The notes under the pieces: generated by a model
What the model was told of the DNA's origin: nothing
What the model saw: only the letters and a program-made list of their open reading frames with translations
The model's database searches: none
NCBI RefSeq assembly: GCF_963921235.1
Contig: NC_086097.1
Span: forward strand, 78,866,001-78,930,000
DNA: 64,000 bases
Reading direction: 5' to 3'
Source: Mobula hypostoma
Taxonomy: Eukaryota
Shown: piece after piece, positions 57,981-64,000 of the stretch
How the letters are laid out: every line of letters begins with the position of its first letter
Position numbering within the stretch: the first letter of the stretch is position 1
Program-made: the position numbers and the translations under genes

Positions 57981-60468
57981 TAGTCGGTGAGCCAGGACCC
58001 CAAATTTGGGCCACCGGTACCATCTGGGGGGAAATAATTCTTGTACTGATTTTTGGCAAGGTATACACCCCTGGTGCTAGAAAATATGTGATAGCATTGC
58101 TGCGGTGGTAACTTTCTGTGATCCCATGGTGCTTTGCCCATGATCACATGAATTATGCCAGGTACCTGTCCCCTTACTTTGCTCAGATGATGAACCTCCC
58201 AGAGAAGAATCCTTCTGTGTATGAGACCTTCAGGACAGGCCAATTCTCAGTGCAGCTGTCAAGTAACAACCCCTTTGGGCAGATCCCTGTGGACCAGGCT
58301 ATTGAAGCCACAGTGAACAAAGACACACAGACTCCTGGAGGCACATCACAGTTCAGCCTGGATGCTGGAGCTATCAAGCATTACCACATAACAGCTGAGC
58401 ACCGCAGTGCATTCCTGGGACAGTTAAGGGAGATGGTGCAAGGCAACAAATCAGAGCTTTGTCATGGGGAGCTACAGTGGCCAAGAATCCAGAAAGATGA
58501 GGAAGCAGTTTCAGCAGTGGTTAGCCTCATACATGAATGGGTCAACCCATTTGCAGAGAAGCGGGACCTCATTAGCATCTCTACGGCAAAGGCAGCCCCC
58601 AAGGATGTTGCCTCCAACCTGATGAAGGCATGTGAGATTGATGAGCAATGCTATGCAACCTTCAAGGATGAGAGACTAGAGGAAGACCCACCAGCAAAGA
58701 AATTCTATGACCCAATGAAAACCAACAAGCTGAAAACATTCAGTGATATGTGTAAGAAGAGAGAAGTGAAATCAAATGGGAGGGCAATCATCTTGAAAGC
58801 AGACAGATCTTTATCTGGACAGATTATAGTGATGGCACAAGGATGCAGTCTACGTATGGAGGATATCCTTTCTCATCCCCTTGGACCATTGCCCTGGGCT
58901 CTGTCCACACCAGAAGGATTGCTGAGAAAGACAAATAAAGCTACTTTAGCCACAACCTTGCAGAAAAATGTGGCAGTGGAAGAGCAAATCCCAGGAAACT
59001 CTGCTACATTGGTTGATGGAATGAACTTGGTCCAAAGAGTGAAAGGTGATCAAGTTACTTTCAGAGATGTTGCCACAACAATTCTGGGTATGGCTCTGAG
59101 GTAAGGCAGTCAGAGTAGCAGAATAGATGTTGTGTTCGACACCTACAAGGAGAACTCTATCAAGAATAGTGAAAGGTCTCTACGGGGTGAACAGACTGAT
59201 CATGAGTTGCAAGGTATCACAGGCACACAGATGGTGAGGCAGTGGAGGAGCTTCCTGACCAAAGTCAGTAACAAAAATAGTCTCATTAGCTTCATAGTCC
59301 ATGAATGGAGGAAGGCGGAGTACAGAGCAAATCTACAGGAGAAGATTCTGTATGCAACTGTGAATGATAAATGTTATAGAATCACATCTGAAGACAGCGA
59401 GGAGGTGTCAGCTCTTCAGTGTCAACAAGAAGAAGCAGATGGCCGTCTACTTCTCCATGCTGCCCATGCCACAAGAGAGGGATACCAATCTGTAGTGATC
59501 TGCTCAGAAGACACAGATGTCTTTATCATGTCTTTAGCATTTTGTGACAAGATTGAGCCCCCATTGTTCCAGAAGTGTGGCACTAGAACCCGTACAAGGC
59601 TTGTAGACATCAGGAAGGTTGCTGCCACTGTTGGCACAGAGGTTTGTAGGGCTCTCATCGGGTTGCACACATATACAGGATGTGACACTGTAAGGGCTTT
59701 TGCAGGCAAAGGGAAGATAAGTGCCCTAAAACTTCTGACCAGCAACAGGGAAACTCAGGACACATTCTTAGAATTGGGTCAGGAATGGGACCTCTCCCCA
59801 AAACTGATGGGCAAACTGGAGGCATTTACATGTCTCCTGTATGCCCCAAAAGGATCAACCACCAAGATCAATGAGCTCAGGTATCAACTTTTCTGTGCCA
59901 AAAAAGGTGAAATTGAAAAGTCATCAACTCCCACCATGCAAGGACTGCTTAACAAAACATGCACAGCGAGCCAACTACCAGGCTGGTATATGGAGAAGAT
60001 GTTTGGAGAAGGACCCACAAGTGCCAAGCCCTGTTGGCAGAGGATGGAAGATGGAAAGAGAAGAAGATGAACAGTTGGTGGTGCATTGGATGGAAGGCCA
60101 GCCAGCACCTGATGCCATCCTGGATCTACTGGCCTGTAACTGTCCAAAAGATTGCTCGCTCCCAAGATGTATGTGTGTTGCAAATGGCCTCAGGTTTACT
60201 GACATGTGTAGACTGGCAGACTGTGAGAACCAGGCATCCACCTCAGAGTGTGGAAAGTTTGAATGAAGATGTGGAAGATGTGGAAGACTTGGAAAATGAT
60301 TATGATTATTACTCATAATTATGAAAATTATTATGATTATGACAGAGCTACCACTGGTGCAATGCTATCACATATTTTCTAACTCTAGGGATGTATACCT
60401 TGCCAAAAATCACTATGAGCATTATTCCCCTCAGATGGTACCGACCAACCCTATTGGCTCACAGACTA
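57981..60468 (+). mobile_element. AcademX-type DNA transposon, internally deleted
   Basis: ~130-bp TIRs starting TAGTCGGTGAGCC / ending GGCTCACAGACTA; 3-bp TSD TAA; coding remnant with DHMNYARY, DQAIEATVNK, XPG-like EEAD..SEDTD..GCDT and a C-terminal Cys cluster. Confidence 0.85.
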
Positions 60469-60904
60469 TAAGACCTGGATCACTGATCTGGGTCACTAAT
60501 CTTTGAAGGTGGCAGGGCAAGTTTAAAAAGAACAGGATCCGGGGACATTTTTCAGGATTCTACAAGCAAGATGGGAATGTTTAAGGTTCCCATTCCACTG
60601 GTTGATTTGCAATTATGATACTGTGCCGATTTCTGGTCGTTGCACTATAAGTTGGATATGGTCCCTCTGGAAATGGTACATAAAATAATTTGTTGAATGG
60701 TTCTGTTAATAAATGTTCTTAAAGCAGAGAACATTGAAAGAGATGATCTGACTGTAATGTTTAAAATCATGAAATGGAGTTGACAAGAAGGACATGAGAC
60801 TGTTCTCATTGGCATTTGGGAAGTAGAGGACATACTGTAGGATTTATGTTGACTAACAGAAGAACCAGGAAGGGTGAGGGTAATTTAATTACAAGATTAT
60901 AAAA

Positions 60905-61280
60905 TTATGTTACATAGGAGCCGAATTATGCCATACAGCCCATCGAATCAGTCGCCATTCAACCATGGCTGATCTATTTTCCCTCTCAACTGCATTATCC
61001 TGCCTTCTCACTGTAACCTGTGACACCCTTACTAATCAAGAACCTATCATCCTCCATTTAAACTATACCTAATGACTTGGCCTCCACAGCTGTCTGCGGC
61101 AATGAATTCCACAGATTCTCAACCTCTGGCTAAAGAAAATCCTCCTCACCCCTGTTCTAAAGGGTCGTTCTTGTATTCTCACGCTGTGCCCTCTGGCCAT
61201 AGACTCTCCCACTATTAGAAACATCCTCTCCACGTCCATTCTATTTCAGTCTTTTAATATTCAGTAGGTTTCAATGAGAT
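60905..61280 (-). mobile_element. CR1 3' fragment, followed by a PLE pLTR remnant (~61300-61655)
   Basis: Similar to the 3' end of the CR1 at 23455-23830. Confidence 0.65.
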
Positions 61281-62263
61281 GAGTTATCACTTTCTAGATT
61301 ACATGGTACCTCTCTCTGATGCCATTCCTCCTTCCCTCTCTCCCATGGTCTACACTCTTCTCCTATCAGATTCTTTCTTCTTCAGCCCTTTACCTTTTCC
61401 AAGTATCACCCCCTAGCTTCTCGTTTCATATCCCCTGGACCACCCACCCATCTGGCGTCATCAATTGCCTGCCAGATTGTTTGCCTTCGCCTTCCCCTTC
61501 CCCCATCTTCTTATTCTGGCTTCCTCTCCTTTCCTTTCAATTCTGGTGAACGGTCTCAGCCGAAAACATCAACTGTTCATTGTTCTCTATTGATGCGAAG
61601 TGACCTGCTGAATTCCTCCAACATGTCGTATGTGTTACTCTGGATTTCCAACATCCGGGATTGAATGAAGAGTGAGCCAGCATGGATTAATTAGTGAATG
61701 GCTTTCTGTTGTTCTGTGATTCAGCATTACTCTGGGAGAAAATTAAGTTGCATTGATATTGGCATGAGACAGAAAGTCAGCACAAATTTGACAAAATTTG
61801 TCGAGTGAGGTTATAATGAATTGATGGAAGAGACGTAATTTCTTTCCTCCCACAGATGCTGCTCGGCCTGCTGAGTTCATCCAGCAGATTATTTGTTCCT
61901 TCACTAGGCAAAGTATCAAATTGGCAGGACAATTTGAGAAGGTTCTTTTATTAACATAAGTTAATTTAGCAATAAATACAAACTCAAGATCAATATATGA
62001 AATTGGAGGAAAAAAAGATGCTGGAAATCTGAAACAAAATCAAAAGCGTACTGGAAAAATACTGTGGGAAAAGAACCAGAGATGATTTTTCAGATTAAAA
62101 CCCCTTAATCAGAACTGGAAAACTGAGCAAACAATTGAGTTTGCAAGTGTGTAAAGTACACGAGCAACCTTTGTGATAACGTAAGAAGTTGCTAAGTAAC
62201 CATTACTTTAACTTCCAGTGGTTGTTGACAGAAAACTAACTGGCAGAAAAACAGGAAAAACTC

Positions 62264-62266
<3 letters not shown>

Positions 62267-62304
<38 letters not shown>
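62267..62304. repeat. (CA)n microsatellite
   Basis: Visible dinucleotide run; a shorter one lies at ~33838-33861. Confidence 0.9.
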
Positions 62305-62307
<3 letters not shown>

Positions 62308-62426
62308 GCATCAAGTCTGAATTCATGAAAATAAATTGAATGAATTTGGATCAAATAGAGAAGAATATTTTATAAAAATATAAAATTGGTATTCATTTTC
62401 AGCAGGTGTATCCAAGAAAAGAAAAA

Positions 62427-62575
62427 GGGTCTGACGAAGACCCTGACGAAAGGTCTCGGCCTGAAACATGGACTGTACCTCTTCCTATAGATACTGCCTG
62501 GCCTGCTGTGTTCTACCAGCACTTTATGTGTGTTGCTTGAATTTCTAGCATCTGCAGATTTTCTCATGTTTGCGC
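62427..62575 (+). mobile_element. Short PLE pLTR fragment beginning at a partly duplicated hammerhead core
   Basis: CTGACGAAGACC CTGACGA AAGGTCTCGGCCT GAAAC ATGGACT.. followed by the pLTR 3' end. Confidence 0.75.
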
Positions 62576-63064
62576 TTTCAAAGGAAAAAATGTTTTTTTT
62601 AAGTGCCAATGTTGGAAATCTGAAAAACAGAAATGAGTGTGAACACTCAGTAAGCGTGGAAAGAGAAACAGTTAACTTTTCGGTTAAGACCCTTTATTGG
62701 AATTGGGAAAGAGAGAAAACAAAGTCAGTAGCAGAGAAGGAGAGCTGTGCAGAATGAAGGGATTGTCTCTGACAGGTTAAACCAAATAAGACTGCGTGGA
62801 TTATACTGTCTTGCAGATCCCGTCAGACCTGATTGTACTAATGGTACCAGAAAAACTAGGCCGAATTCACAGATGGGCAACTGGCAGAAATAGTTAGTTC
62901 TAATATAGACAGAAAGTAAGAGTGAGTCATGTAAAATTGGAGAATTCAATATAGAATCTAGAAGGCTTCAGTGTATCTTGGCGGTGAAGAGAGGTTGTTC
63001 CTTAAGTTTCCATTGAGAGTTCTTATAACTTTCTTATTAATGCTTCTGTTTTAATTATCCTCAG

Positions 63065-63183
63065 GAGGTGTGCTGCTGGTGGTGTGTGTACATCTAATGC
63101 AAGGCTACATGGGAAAACTGTGGTGATTACAGGGGCAAACACTGGCATTGGAAAGGAAACTGCCAGAGATCTGGCACAGCGAG
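63065..63183 (+). CDS. RDH12: Retinol dehydrogenase 12/11-like, coding exon 2 (gene continues beyond window)
   Basis: cctcag|RRCAAGGVCTSNARLHGKTVVITGANTGIGKETARDLAQR(G)|gtgagg; SDR TGxxxGIG motif; 119 nt; synteny with VTI1B. RDH11 vs RDH12 cannot be resolved from two exons; orientation relative to VTI1B fits RDH12. Confidence 0.88.
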
Positions 63184-63322
63184 GTGAGGTATCAGTGTAT
63201 GAATTTAAATCTATTGTCAAATATAGCTTCGAAGTAAACCATTTACTACATTCAGCCAAATCTTTACAGAAACAATGTCTCTAAACAGGAAAATAGCAGT
63301 ACAAAATAGGTAATCATAACTA

Positions 63323-64000
63323 CAGTCGGCCCTCCTTATCCGCGAGGGATTGGTTCCGGGACCCCTCGCGGATACCAAAAAAGCGCCAGTGCTCAAGTCC
63401 CTTATTCAACCTGTCTCAATGTGGTAGACCTTAGGACCCAGTGGAACCCTGAACCTTATTTAACCTGTCTCAGTGCGGTGGACATTAGGACCTGGCGGCG
63501 GATCTCTGAATCCGCAGTTTCTGTTCGCGAAAATAATCACGACCGTGATTGAAAATAAAGTGAAAATAATAAAGCGATCGGAAAGAGGTGAAACGCCATC
63601 AGTCATTGGGAAAGCTTTCGGCTACAGTCGGTCAACGATCGGAACAATTTTAAAGGATAAAGTGAGAAAGGCCCTGCCCTGATGAAAGCTACAATTATTA
63701 CTAAGCAACGCAGTGGTTTAATTATTGAGTTTTTGATCCTCCACATCAACCCGGCACGGATGGAGAGCGCGCTCGTGAGCGATCTGTCACTGGATCGAAC
63801 TCGGGAGCTTATGTTCCCGAGCCCAGTGCTGAAACATACATTTCTTAAGTGTTTTGAATGCATAGAAAGGTAAAATATATACTAAGATAAACGTTTGACT
63901 AATTGATGTTAAATAATGTCGGATGTACCTGTTCCGACTTACTGGGTAAGAGAACATCCGGTTTTTTTCCATCCCGGTCGAGAATAACCTACGCACATCC
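63323..64000 (+). mobile_element. Tigger-like element (second family) in RDH12 intron 2
   Basis: TA|CAGTCGGCCCTCCTTATCCGCG terminus; CENP-B HTH KVKIIKRSERGETPSVIGKAFGYSRSTIGTILK. Confidence 0.75.

Noticed and set aside
58118..60266. Host nuclease gene (FEN1/XPG/asteroid) or tesmin
   Set aside because: Intronless, carries a stop and a frameshift, and is bounded by TIRs and a TSD, so it is a transposon.

Overview
Vertebrate nuclear DNA, most likely a cartilaginous fish (ray/shark-type repeat landscape; taxon is inference). It covers the conserved ARG2-VTI1B-RDH11/12 block: a complete 8-exon arginase-2 gene (+, 353 aa), a complete 6-exon VTI1B gene (-, 224 aa) converging tail-to-tail with ARG2, and the first two coding exons of an RDH12/RDH11-like gene (+) diverging from VTI1B. 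Most of the rest is transposon-derived: L2, CR1, Rex1/Babar, RTE, HERO and L1 LINEs, Penelope-like elements (PLEs), a decayed Gypsy element, and Tigger/pogo, hAT, Tc1-type and AcademX DNA transposons, often nested. Highlights: (1) minimal hammerhead ribozymes in PLE pseudo-LTRs, one with an intact core; (2) an AcademX element with TAG..CTA TIRs, 3-bp TSD and XPG-like nuclease/Cys-rich coding remnant; (3) a templated inverted duplication that creates a nascent MITE inside a hAT element; (4) overlapping opposite-strand poly(A) signals shared by ARG2 and VTI1B; (5) a 74-bp minisatellite born from a CR1 3' end; (6) a HERO-in-L1-in-Tigger nest; (7) a possible upstream ARG2 promoter. All family assignments come from motif recognition, not database searches.
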